DNA from: Eubacteriaceae bacterium Marseille-Q4139
GTDB lineage: Bacteria > Bacillota > Clostridia > Lachnospirales > Lachnospiraceae
Assembly: GCA_018223415.1 (NCBI GenBank)
Contig: JAGTTQ010000001.1
Span: 2,557,498-2,621,497 of the forward strand
Direction: 5' to 3'
Length of the DNA: 64,000 nucleotides
Of this stretch, positions 28,624-37,587 are shown in pieces (position 1 is the first letter of the stretch; each line of letters begins with the position of its first letter). Both the position numbers and the translations under genes were made by a program. The notes beneath the pieces are model-generated. The model saw nothing but the letters and a program-made list of their open reading frames with translations, was not told where the DNA came from and searched no databases.

Positions 28624-29573
28624 TGCTTAAGATCCGGGGACTGAAAAAGAAATTTAAAAACTTCCCGGCGTTGGACGGCCTTGACATGGACATTGAGGAA
28701 GGCGCCCTCTATGGTTTTGTGGGGCCGAACGGAGCCGGAAAGACGACGGCCATCAAGATTATTACAGGCCTTCTCCGGCCGGATGAAGGTACGGTGCAGA
28801 TTGCAGGAAAGGATGCCCTGCGGGCCGGCCGTGAGATCAATAAGGAATTCGGCTATGTGCCGGATGAGTTCGGCATGTATGACAACCTGCGGGTTGCAGA
28901 ATATATGGAATTTTTTGCAGCCTGCTATGGAATTACGGGGCTTGTGGCGAGAAAACGCTGCGGAGAGCTTTTAGAGCAGGTGAAGCTGGAGGAAAAAGCG
29001 GATTTCTATGTGGACAGCCTGTCCAGGGGAATGAAGCAGAGACTCTGCTTGGCGCGGGCCCTGATCCATGATCCGCGGCTTCTCGTCCTGGACGAGCCGA
29101 CCTCCGGCATGGACCCGCGGACCAGGATGGAGTTTAAAGAGCTTTTAAAGGAGCTCTGCGCCGAGGGGAAAACCATTTTAGTCAGCTCCCACATCCTGTC
29201 GGAGCTTTCGCAGATGTGCACGGATATCGGGATCATCGATGCGGGAAAAATTGTCTTAAGCGGGAACATGGCGGAAATCTTAAGAAAAGTCAACGCCTCC
29301 AACCCGCTTCTGATTTCCGTCTGCGGCGGGCAGGAGCAGGCCGTAAGGCTTCTCAGGCAGGATCCACGCGTCCAGACCATTTCCATCCGCGGCGAAGACA
29401 TTGTCGTCAGCTTTTCCGGCCAGAAGGAAGAGGAGGCGGAGCTTTTAAAGACGCTGGTGGACGGCGGGATTCCCGTGAGCGGCTTCTTGAGGGAGCACGG
29501 GGATCTGGAGACGATTTTCATGCAGCTTACCAATCATGACCTGGAGACGGAGGTGATCGCCGGTGAAGGATAA
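28623..29573 (+). CDS. ABC transporter ATP-binding protein (ABC-2 / CcmA-NatA type)
   Basis: Walker A GPNGAGKTT, signature LSRGMKQR, Walker B LVLDEPTSGMD. Confidence 0.92.
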   Translation: MLKIRGLKKKFKNFPALDGLDMDIEEGALYGFVGPNGAGKTTAIKIITGLLRPDEGTVQIAGKDALRAGREINKEFGYVPDEFGMYDNLRVAEYMEFFAACYGITGLVARKRCGELLEQVKLEEKADFYVDSLSRGMKQRLCLARALIHDPRLLVLDEPTSGMDPRTRMEFKELLKELCAEGKTILVSSHILSELSQMCTDIGIIDAGKIVLSGNMAEILRKVNASNPLLISVCGGQEQAVRLLRQDPRVQTISIRGEDIVVSFSGQKEEEAELLKTLVDGGIPVSGFLREHGDLETIFMQLTNHDLETEVIAGEG

Positions 29574-30462
29574 TCCTGTACTTTTGCGGGAACTGATTGT
29601 GCGGAGCAGAAGCTTCCGCTTCCCGCTCATTGTTTTCGTGTTCAACGGGATTCTTGCGGCTGCGGCCATGTTAAACATGTTTTCTGTTGTGGCCCAGATC
29701 CGGATTTCAGCCAATATCCAGTATGCCAGCTTTCTTAAACTGTACGTTTTTGTGGCGACGCTGGAATTTCTGCTTTTAATGTTTATCATGCCGGCGCTTA
29801 CGTCGGCCGGAATCAGCGGAGAGCGGGAGCGTCAGACGCTGGATCTGCTCTTTACGACGCAGATGACGTCCTGGCAGATTATCATGGGAAAGCTGATATC
29901 GGCATTCAGCCAGCTTCTTCTCCTTGTGGTATCCAGCTTCCCGGTGCTGCTTCTGACTTTCGTCTATGGAGGCGTAGATTTTGCGGATCTGGCCCTTCTT
30001 CTAGTGTGCTTTGTGACGGTTGCCATGTTCACGGGAGGCGTCGGGATTTTGTCGTCGTCCTTTATGAAGCGGTCGAATTTTTCCAATGTCTGCACGTATG
30101 GGATTCTTCTGACCGTCGTAGTCGGGACGTATATGCTCAACCAGTTTGCGCTCCATATGTCACAGCTAAAGATCAACGGGCTGACGCCGGAGCCAGGGGA
30201 GATGCTTCCGAAGGCGGATTCCGGCGCCGCCGTGTATCTGCTTTTGTTAAACCCGGTGGTGACGTTTTCTGAGATCATGGAGAATCAGGTGTCCGGCTCC
30301 GAAAGCATCCTGTCTCTGGGGCAGTTTCTCGGCTCCAGGCCGGAAAATCTCGTGACGGAGCACTGGACGCTTTTCAGCCTCGCCGTCCAGCTTGTGCTGG
30401 CTGCCATTTTTGTGAGTGCTGCCGTATATTTCCTGAATCCTGCAGGGAGAGACAAACGATAA
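29563..30462 (+). CDS. ABC-2 family transporter permease
   Basis: six predicted TM helices; overlaps the ATPase gene by 11 nt. Confidence 0.8.
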   Translation: MKDNPVLLRELIVRSRSFRFPLIVFVFNGILAAAAMLNMFSVVAQIRISANIQYASFLKLYVFVATLEFLLLMFIMPALTSAGISGERERQTLDLLFTTQMTSWQIIMGKLISAFSQLLLLVVSSFPVLLLTFVYGGVDFADLALLLVCFVTVAMFTGGVGILSSSFMKRSNFSNVCTYGILLTVVVGTYMLNQFALHMSQLKINGLTPEPGEMLPKADSGAAVYLLLLNPVVTFSEIMENQVSGSESILSLGQFLGSRPENLVTEHWTLFSLAVQLVLAAIFVSAAVYFLNPAGRDKR

Positions 30463-30475
30463 CGGAGGAAAAACA

Positions 30476-31312
30476 ATGTTTCAGATTGGATGCCATCTTT
30501 CCTGTGCAAAGGGCTTTGCGGCCATGGGAAAAGATGCCTTGAAAATACATGCGACGGCTTTCCAGTTTTTCACCAGGAACCCACGCGGCGGAAGCGCGAA
30601 GGCCATCGACGAAGACGATGTGGCGGCGTTCCTCAAAATAAAGGAGGAAGCCGGGATCGGGACGCTGGTGGCTCATGCGCCCTATACGCTGAATGCCTGT
30701 GCCGCGGAGGAGCGGATCCGGGAATTTGCGAGAAATACCATGGAGGATGACTTAAAGCGGATGGAATATCTGCCGGGGAACCTCTATAATTTCCATCCCG
30801 GAAGCCACGTAAAGCAGGGAATGGAGACAGGAATCCGCCTGATTGCGGATCAGTTAAACGGGCTTTTAAAGAAAGAACAGACGACGACGGTGCTCTTAGA
30901 AACCATGTGCGGAAAGGGCAGTGAAGTCGGCGGACGGTTCGAGGAGCTTAAGGAGATTTTAGACCGGGTGGAGCTTAAGGAAAAAATGGGCGTCTGCCTG
31001 GATACCTGCCATGTCTGGGACGGCGGGTACGATATTGTACATGACCTGGACGGCGTGCTTTCTGAGTTTGACCGGGTGGTGGGCCTTTCCAGGCTGAAGG
31101 CCATCCATTTAAACGACAGCCAGAACCCGCTCGGCGCCAGGAAAGACCGTCATGCGCGGATCGGGGAGGGACATATCGGGTTAGACGCCATGGTGAGGAT
31201 CATCAACCATCCGGCCCTGAAAGACCTGCCGTTCTGCCTCGAGACGCCCAACGAGCTGGACGGCTATGCGAGGGAGATTGCGCTTTTAAAATCAAAGCGT
31301 GTGGAACCGTAA
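30476..31312 (+). CDS. nfo: deoxyribonuclease IV (apurinic/apyrimidinic endonuclease IV)
   Basis: xylose-isomerase-like TIM barrel with Nfo signatures ([27 protein letters not shown]). Confidence 0.9.
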   Translation: MFQIGCHLSCAKGFAAMGKDALKIHATAFQFFTRNPRGGSAKAIDEDDVAAFLKIKEEAGIGTLVAHAPYTLNACAAEERIREFARNTMEDDLKRMEYLPGNLYNFHPGSHVKQGMETGIRLIADQLNGLLKKEQTTTVLLETMCGKGSEVGGRFEELKEILDRVELKEKMGVCLDTCHVWDGGYDIVHDLDGVLSEFDRVVGLSRLKAIHLNDSQNPLGARKDRHARIGEGHIGLDAMVRIINHPALKDLPFCLETPNELDGYAREIALLKSKRVEP

Positions 31313-31345
31313 AAACAGAGAAAATTGTAAGGAGGTTTCCGGAAT

Positions 31346-32656
31346 ATGGGAATTATAAAAGCAGCAGTCAGATCCATTTCAGGCGGTCTGGCAGATCAGT
31401 GGCTCGAGGTGATTGAGGCCGGCGGAATGAGCGATTCTACCGTGTTTGCGCCCGGCGTCCTCACGAGAAGAGGAGAAAATGTGAAGGGGACAGCCGGAAC
31501 GGTGTCCAACGGCTCCATGATCCGGGTGTATCCGAACCAGTTTATGATGCTGGTGGACGGCGGAAAAGTCGTGGACTACACGGCTGAGGAGGGCTATTAT
31601 ACGGTGAACAATTCCTCCATGCCGTCGCTTTTTAACGGGGAATTCGGGGAAACCTTAAAGGAGTCCTTTAACCGGATCCGGTTCGGCGGCGAATCGCCCT
31701 TTGAGCAGAAGGTCTATTTTATCAACCTTCAGGAAATCAAGGGAATCAAGTTCGGCACCAGGACGCCGGTCAACTATTTTGACAATTTTTACAACGCAGA
31801 GCTGTTTCTCAGGGCCCACGGCACGTATTCCATCAAAATTACGGATCCGCTCCGTTTTTATGCGGAGGTGATTCCGAAGAACCGCGAATATGTCAACGTG
31901 GAGGACATCAACGAGCAGTATTTAAGCGAATTTTTGGAGGCCTTCCAGACGGCCATCAACCAGATGTCTGCCGACGGGACGCGGATTTCCTTCGTGACGT
32001 CCAGAGGGCGCGAGCTTGGAAAATACATGGCAAATGTGCTGGATGAGGACTGGCGGAAGATGCGCGGAATGGAGATTCAGTCGGTGGGAATTGCAAGCAT
32101 TTCCTACGACGAGGAGTCCCAGGAGCTCATCAACTTGAGAAACCGCGGCGCCATGTTAAGCGACGCCTCCATCCGGGAGGGCTATGTGCAGGGCCGGATC
32201 GCAGAGGGAATCGGCGAGGCAGGCTCCAATGCAGGCGGCGCCATGGCCGGCTTCATGGGGATCGGCATGGGAATGCAGACCGGCGGAGGCTTCATGGGGG
32301 CGGCATCGGCGGCCAATATGCAGCAGATGCAGATGGAGAACCAGAGAAGAATGGCCGGAAACGGAATGGGCGCCGGCGCCATGGGGACACAGGCCGGAAA
32401 CGGAATGGGCGCTGGCGCCATGGGAACGCAGGCCGGAGCTGGCATGGCAAATCCGGCGGCGGGAATGGCCGGCATGCAAAGCCCTGGTGCCGGAGCGGCC
32501 GGGACGTGGACGTGTTCCTGCGGGACGATCAACAGCGGGAAATTCTGTTCGGAATGCGGAAGCCCGAGACCGGCGGTGTCGGGGACATGGACGTGCTCCT
32601 GCGGAACTGTGAACAGCGGAAAATTCTGCTCGGAGTGCGGGAAGCCAAGACCATAA
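31346..32656 (+). CDS. SPFH/Band-7-domain protein (COG4260-like) with Gly/Met/Ala-rich linker and two C-terminal zinc ribbons
   Basis: N-terminal SPFH-like domain; tandem zinc ribbons TWTCSCGT(I/V)NSGKFCSECG x2; internal 39-bp tandem duplication (GNGMGAGAMGTQA x2). Confidence 0.8.
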   Translation: MGIIKAAVRSISGGLADQWLEVIEAGGMSDSTVFAPGVLTRRGENVKGTAGTVSNGSMIRVYPNQFMMLVDGGKVVDYTAEEGYYTVNNSSMPSLFNGEFGETLKESFNRIRFGGESPFEQKVYFINLQEIKGIKFGTRTPVNYFDNFYNAELFLRAHGTYSIKITDPLRFYAEVIPKNREYVNVEDINEQYLSEFLEAFQTAINQMSADGTRISFVTSRGRELGKYMANVLDEDWRKMRGMEIQSVGIASISYDEESQELINLRNRGAMLSDASIREGYVQGRIAEGIGEAGSNAGGAMAGFMGIGMGMQTGGGFMGAASAANMQQMQMENQRRMAGNGMGAGAMGTQAGNGMGAGAMGTQAGAGMANPAAGMAGMQSPGAGAAGTWTCSCGTINSGKFCSECGSPRPAVSGTWTCSCGTVNSGKFCSECGKPRP

Positions 32657-32676
32657 TCCCGTAAGAGGAGGAGCCT

Positions 32677-33705
32677 ATGGCACTTGTAAACTATAAATGT
32701 CCCAACTGCGGCGGAGGCCTGAAATTTGATCCGGCCACCCAGTCCTTTGAGTGCGAATACTGCCTCTCCTCGTTCACAGAGCAGGAGATGGAGGAGCTGG
32801 CGAAAAAGGCGGAGGAGAAGGCAGGAGCTTCGCCGGCGGTTGTCTGTACCTGCCCCAACTGCGGCGCAGAGCTGGTGGCGGAGGAGACGACGGCCGCGGC
32901 CTTCTGTTATTACTGCCACAGCCCGGTCATCGTTTCAGGCCGGCTTTCCGGGGAATTCCTGCCGGATTATGTGATCCCCTTTGCGCTGGACCGGAAGCGG
33001 GCGCTGGAAATTTTTTCCGGCTGGATTGGGAAGAAGAAATTCCTTCCGCGGGCCTTTTTTTCGGAAAGCCAGATCGAGAAATTTACAGGCGTCTATTTCC
33101 CGTATCTGATGTATAGCTGCCAGGCAGAAGGGAAGATGACGGCGGAGGCGGAAAAGCTGCGGAGCTGGACGGCCGGAAACATCCGCTATACGGAGCATAA
33201 AAAATACCAGGTGGAGCGGGCCGGGGAGCTGGACGTGAAAAACATGGCCAGGAATGCCCTCTCCAGAGCCGACCATGAGCTGGTGGAAGGCGTCCTGCCC
33301 TTTGACATGGAGAAGCTGGAACCGTTCCGCATGGAATACTTATCCGGCTTCCAGGCGGAAAAGCGCGACATGGACAGCCATACATATACAAACGAGGTGG
33401 AGGCGGAGGTGCGCGCCTACGCGGAGGAGAACCTGCGGGGGAGCATGGGCGGCTATGATTCAGTGCGGGTAAAGGATCAGAGCGTTGAGATCCGGAACGC
33501 TTCATGGAAATATGCCCTCCTTCCTGTGTGGGTCATGACATACCGCGACCGGAAAAAGGATAAGCTTTACTATTTTGCAATGAATGGACAGACGGGGAAA
33601 ATAAACGGCGAGCTCCCTGTGGATAAAGGAAAGCTGGCGGCGCTGTTCGGCGCTGTGTTTGTGCCTGTCTTCCTGTTTCTTTTGGCAGGGGGGTGGCTGA
33701 TTTGA
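32677..33705 (+). CDS. zinc-ribbon protein with two N-terminal CxxC-N-CxxC ribbons and a C-terminal TM anchor, hypothetical
   Basis: YKCPNCGG..FECEYC and CTCPNCGA..FCYYC; C-terminal hydrophobic LAALFGAVFVPVFLFLLAGGWLI; RBS AGGAGGAG. Confidence 0.75.
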   Translation: MALVNYKCPNCGGGLKFDPATQSFECEYCLSSFTEQEMEELAKKAEEKAGASPAVVCTCPNCGAELVAEETTAAAFCYYCHSPVIVSGRLSGEFLPDYVIPFALDRKRALEIFSGWIGKKKFLPRAFFSESQIEKFTGVYFPYLMYSCQAEGKMTAEAEKLRSWTAGNIRYTEHKKYQVERAGELDVKNMARNALSRADHELVEGVLPFDMEKLEPFRMEYLSGFQAEKRDMDSHTYTNEVEAEVRAYAEENLRGSMGGYDSVRVKDQSVEIRNASWKYALLPVWVMTYRDRKKDKLYYFAMNGQTGKINGELPVDKGKLAALFGAVFVPVFLFLLAGGWLI

Positions 33706-34613
33706 GAAAATGGAGAAAAGGGATCGCGGCCTGCCTTTTTTCGGCCGTTCTGATTCTTCCTGCCGGGCCTGCGCTTGCAAGGGTTTCGCTGGCCGGAGCT
33801 GAGAGCACCTATGACAGGGTCTATGACATGGCGGGGATTTTTTCCGACGAGGAGGAAGCAGCTCTTTCTGCGGCCATCGAAAGCCAGCGGACGGATATGG
33901 ACATGGATCTGGCCATTGTGACGGCCGGCGACGCCATGGGCTACGGCGGTCAGGAATTTGCCGACTATTTTTATGATGACAACGGGCTGGGAGAGGGCTC
34001 GGACAAAAGCGGTGTCCTGCTTCTTTTGGATATGGACAACCGTGAGATTGCCGTGTCCACCTCGGGAAAGATGATCCGATATCTCACGGATGTGCGGGTG
34101 GAGACCATCCTGGACGACGTGTATGAAAGGATGGTGGACGAAGAGTATTATGAGGCGGCCTCCGTGTTCCTTTCGGATGTGGAAGTCTGCTATGAAAACG
34201 GGATTGCAGGCGATCAGTTCACCTACGACCAGGAGACTGGCAGGGTGAGCGTTTACCGCCGGATTACCGTGTTTGAGTTCCTGACGGCGCTTCTTCTGGC
34301 GGCTGTCTGCGGGGGCGCGGCCGTGCTGTCCGTGTCCAAGAGTTATAAAAAGGGCAGGAAAGACGACCGCATGGCGGCCAATTTCCGGCTGTCTTACCGG
34401 AAGGACAGCGCGTTCCGGCTTGGCTCCGGCCTTGGCGAGGTGCTCCTTGGAAGCTATATTACCCAGCAGGTGATCCGCTCGGCCCAGAACCGCGGCGGCG
34501 GGCCCGGCGGGCGATCCGGCGGCTTCTCCGGGAGAGGTCTTTCCGGCGGCGGACGTTCTACGGTTCACAGGACGGGCGGCCGCATCCATGGCGGCGGGAG
34601 CCGGAAATTTTAG
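33693..34613 (+). CDS. TPM-domain (YgcG / TLP18.3 / Psb32-like) membrane protein with cytoplasmic Gly-rich tail
   Basis: signal/TM, then TPM-like domain (YDMAGIFSDEEEAALSAAIE...LAIVT...GVLLLLDMDNREIAVSTSG), TM, GGGPGGRSGGFSGRGLSGGGRS tail; overlaps the upstream gene by 13 nt. Confidence 0.75.
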   Translation: MADLRKWRKGIAACLFSAVLILPAGPALARVSLAGAESTYDRVYDMAGIFSDEEEAALSAAIESQRTDMDMDLAIVTAGDAMGYGGQEFADYFYDDNGLGEGSDKSGVLLLLDMDNREIAVSTSGKMIRYLTDVRVETILDDVYERMVDEEYYEAASVFLSDVEVCYENGIAGDQFTYDQETGRVSVYRRITVFEFLTALLLAAVCGGAAVLSVSKSYKKGRKDDRMAANFRLSYRKDSAFRLGSGLGEVLLGSYITQQVIRSAQNRGGGPGGRSGGFSGRGLSGGGRSTVHRTGGRIHGGGSRKF

Positions 34614-34643
34614 GGCGCGGAAACGAAGAGAGGGATATCAGAG

Positions 34644-35558
34644 ATGAAAATAGAAAAGATCGGAATTATTGGAAAGGGAGCCCTGGGCGTGATGTACGGG
34701 AAATGGCTGGCCGGCCGTCTGGGAAACAGCCAGGTGTTTTTCCTGGCAGATGAGGCGCGGGCAGAGGCATACCGGGCGTCGGAGACATACTCAAACGGAG
34801 AGCCCTGCGGTTTCCAGTACCGGACGCCGGCAGAGGCGGAGCCGGTGGATCTGATTATTTTTGCCGTGAAGTTCCTTGGGATGGAGGCGGCTATTGAAAC
34901 GGCGCGGCCGTTTGTCGGGGAGAAGACGGTTCTCCTTTCCGTGTTAAACGGCGTATTGAGCGAGCAGATGCTGGAAAAGGAGTTCGGCGCCGGGCACGTG
35001 GTTTACTGCTGCGTTCAGGGCATGGATGCCGGGAAAGACGGGAATGCGGTGACGTACCGGAACATGGGATATATTTCCGTGGGAAATCCGGACGGGAGCA
35101 GGGATGAGAAGCTTGCGGCCGTGACAGAGCTGTTTGACAGAACCGGGCTTTCCTATGAGGTTCCGGCGGACATCAGACGGCAGATGTGGAGCAAGCTGAT
35201 GCTCAATGACGGCGTTAATCAGGTGACGGCCATTTACAAGGCGCCGTACCGGCTTGTGCAGAAGGAAGGCGAGGCCAGAACCATGATGGTGGAGGCCATG
35301 CGCGAGGTGATGCGGACGGCTGCTTTCGAGGAGGTGGAGCTGACGGAGGCGGACATCGCTTCGTGGCTTGACCTTCTGGATCATCTGGATCCCGACGGGC
35401 GGACGTCCATGTGCCAGGATATCATGGCCGGCCGCAGGACAGAAAAGGAGCTGTTTTCGGGAACGATCCGGCGTCTGGCGGCGGAGCACGGGATTTCGGT
35501 GCCGGTCAATGATTTTTTATATGAGAAGCTGCAGGAGCTTGAGGAAGGGATGAAATAG
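34644..35558 (+). CDS. panE: 2-dehydropantoate 2-reductase (ketopantoate reductase, ApbA/PanE family)
   Basis: N-terminal Rossmann motif IGIIGKGALG; ApbA-family length and C-terminal domain. Confidence 0.8.
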   Translation: MKIEKIGIIGKGALGVMYGKWLAGRLGNSQVFFLADEARAEAYRASETYSNGEPCGFQYRTPAEAEPVDLIIFAVKFLGMEAAIETARPFVGEKTVLLSVLNGVLSEQMLEKEFGAGHVVYCCVQGMDAGKDGNAVTYRNMGYISVGNPDGSRDEKLAAVTELFDRTGLSYEVPADIRRQMWSKLMLNDGVNQVTAIYKAPYRLVQKEGEARTMMVEAMREVMRTAAFEEVELTEADIASWLDLLDHLDPDGRTSMCQDIMAGRRTEKELFSGTIRRLAAEHGISVPVNDFLYEKLQELEEGMK

Positions 35559-35562
35559 CAGC

Positions 35563-35973
35563 ATGAAGATTATGGTGATAGACGGCCAGGGCGGCAAGAT
35601 GGGGAAAAGCATCGTCGAGCAGATGAAAAAGGCGTTTCCCCAGGATGAGATCCTGGCCATAGGGACGAACAGCACCGCGACGGCGGCCATGTTAAAGGCA
35701 GGAGCCGACGAGGGCGCGACAGGGGAGAATCCGGCGATTGTGGGAAGCGGGACAGCGGACGTGATCGTAGGGCCCCTGGGCATCGTGATTGCCGATTCCC
35801 TTCTCGGGGAGATCACGCCGGCCATGGCGGCGGCCATCGGGAGAAGCCGTGCAAAGAAGGTGCTGCTCCCGGTAAACCGCTGCCAGCATTTTGTTGTGGG
35901 CCTTAAGGAGCTGCCGCTCGGGGAGTACGTGCGGCTGGCCGTGGAAGAGGTGGCCAGACTCCGGGACGAGTAG
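35563..35973 (+). CDS. conserved hypothetical protein (DUF3842-like)
   Basis: 136-aa ORF 4 nt after panE, same strand; MKIMVIDGQGG..IGTNSTATAAMLKAGAD pattern. Confidence 0.5.
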   Translation: MKIMVIDGQGGKMGKSIVEQMKKAFPQDEILAIGTNSTATAAMLKAGADEGATGENPAIVGSGTADVIVGPLGIVIADSLLGEITPAMAAAIGRSRAKKVLLPVNRCQHFVVGLKELPLGEYVRLAVEEVARLRDE

Positions 35974-36104
35974 GGGCTATGAGGGCAGGAAGCCGGGGAA
36001 AAGGGGCAGCGGAGACGCAGGCCGGGACAGATACGGGCCCGGGAAAAGCCGACCTTGGAAGGCAGATCCAGTATGGGCGGCTGCCCCGGGGAGCCCGGGA
36101 AATC

Positions 36105-37241
36105 CTAAGATTCCGGCACGGGGACGGCGGGATCTTTTAATCCGTAGACCCGCTCCCATTCCTTCGTGCCTTCTACCTTATAGACCCGGCTTTTGTTCAT
36201 CTGAAGGAATTTTATCAGTTCATAGCAGTCGATCCAGATTTCGCCGTTTCCCTCTTTCTGGGATTCGTCAAAAATAAGCTGGAGGCCGAAGTGCAGGTGG
36301 GGCGTGGAAATGTTGTTGGTGTTTTCCGTCGCACTGTATCCGGTGCGCCCGAGATAGCCGATGACGTCCCCGGCTGTGACGGTGCTGCCGATTTCAAGGT
36401 CGCTTTGGTAGGGATAATTTTTCCTGAGATGGGCGTAATAGTAATACCGCTTTTTGTCAAAGCTCCGGATGCCGATGCGCCAGCCGCCGTACTGGTTCCA
36501 GCCCAGGGCTTCGACGGTTCCCGACTCCACGGCGATGACAGGCGTGCCCACCTGCCCCATCATGTCATGGCCCAGGTGCTTTCTGGTGTAGCCGTAGGAA
36601 CGGGAAGTGCCGAAATCGTCGTAGTCGCTGTACGGGAAATCCCTGGCAATGGGAGAGAAAGCCTTGAGGCCGTATTTTGTGACCCAGGTCTTTTCCTGGG
36701 CAGTCTGAGAGCCGTCATCACCGGCTGCCGGCGATGTCTCGGCCGCAGGATTTTGGGCAGAGGCGTCGATTTCCTCGTCGAAGTATCCGACCATGCCGCC
36801 TAAAACGGCGGTGTAGGCTTCCTTATAATAGGCATAATAAGGAAGGTCTGCGGCCAGCTCTTCCATGGAAGCGCCGGATTTCAGCTTTTCGGCCAGAGAA
36901 TTTAAGTCTGCATCAGAGAAGCGGGAAAAATCCCCGCCGTATTTGGCTGCGAGCCAGGCAAGAAGATCGATCCAGTTTAGATGGATGTCTGCCTGGCATG
37001 TTTCCACGTCCAGTCGGAAGGCTTTTTTTAAGACGTCGGCGGGAACGGTAAAGTCCACCCAGCGGATGTAGTCAGCTTCTCCTGTTTCGCCGCTTTCGCT
37101 TTCGGAGTCCTCCCGGGCCAGAAAATAGTCCTCGGAGGCAGCCTCCCGGCTCTTGATGCAGAGGGAGCCGGTGAGAAGAAAGAGGATGAAAAGCTGGACG
37201 GCTATGATGACAGTGGATTTTGGGATGTTCGATGGATTCAT
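36105..37241 (-). CDS. M23-family (LytM-type) peptidoglycan endopeptidase, membrane-anchored
   Basis: C-terminal M23 motifs (HLGHDM....HLHF); N-terminal TM; start set at MNPSN after RBS GGAGAG. Confidence 0.85.
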   Translation of the reverse strand: MNPSNIPKSTVIIAVQLFILFLLTGSLCIKSREAASEDYFLAREDSESESGETGEADYIRWVDFTVPADVLKKAFRLDVETCQADIHLNWIDLLAWLAAKYGGDFSRFSDADLNSLAEKLKSGASMEELAADLPYYAYYKEAYTAVLGGMVGYFDEEIDASAQNPAAETSPAAGDDGSQTAQEKTWVTKYGLKAFSPIARDFPYSDYDDFGTSRSYGYTRKHLGHDMMGQVGTPVIAVESGTVEALGWNQYGGWRIGIRSFDKKRYYYYAHLRKNYPYQSDLEIGSTVTAGDVIGYLGRTGYSATENTNNISTPHLHFGLQLIFDESQKEGNGEIWIDCYELIKFLQMNKSRVYKVEGTKEWERVYGLKDPAVPVPES

Positions 37242-37373
37242 AGCATACACTCTCCTGGACGTATCCGGATTTTTGCGGAGACGAAAGGACGTCCCGCAGG
37301 AATACTTTTTTCTGAAAATTATATGCGGACATGCCGGGGAATATGACCCGGCAGGGCAGTTATGAGATGAAAT

Positions 37374-37560
37374 GCAACAGTTCAGCCATACCATTCATAA
37401 TTTGACGGATTTTATTGTATAGACCAATGAAAAATGATATTGGCCGTCAAATGATTCATGTCGGGCGTCCGCCCTATATCCACATATGACAAAATGCTGC
37501 TCTGTGAGCAAGCTCCCACGCAGCATTTTGCCATATGTGTCTGCATGGCTGAACTGTTAC
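37374..37560. repeat. MITE-like repeat element, copy B (~187 bp), inverted relative to copy A
   Basis: its reverse complement aligns with 9001-9204, including the TIRs and the GCAAAATGCTGCGTGGGAGCTTGCTCAC block; the internal palindrome arms carry compensating changes (GGGCG-ga-CGCCC). Confidence 0.7.
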
Positions 37561-37587
37561 GATCAAATGGTTTGGAGGAAAAGAAAT

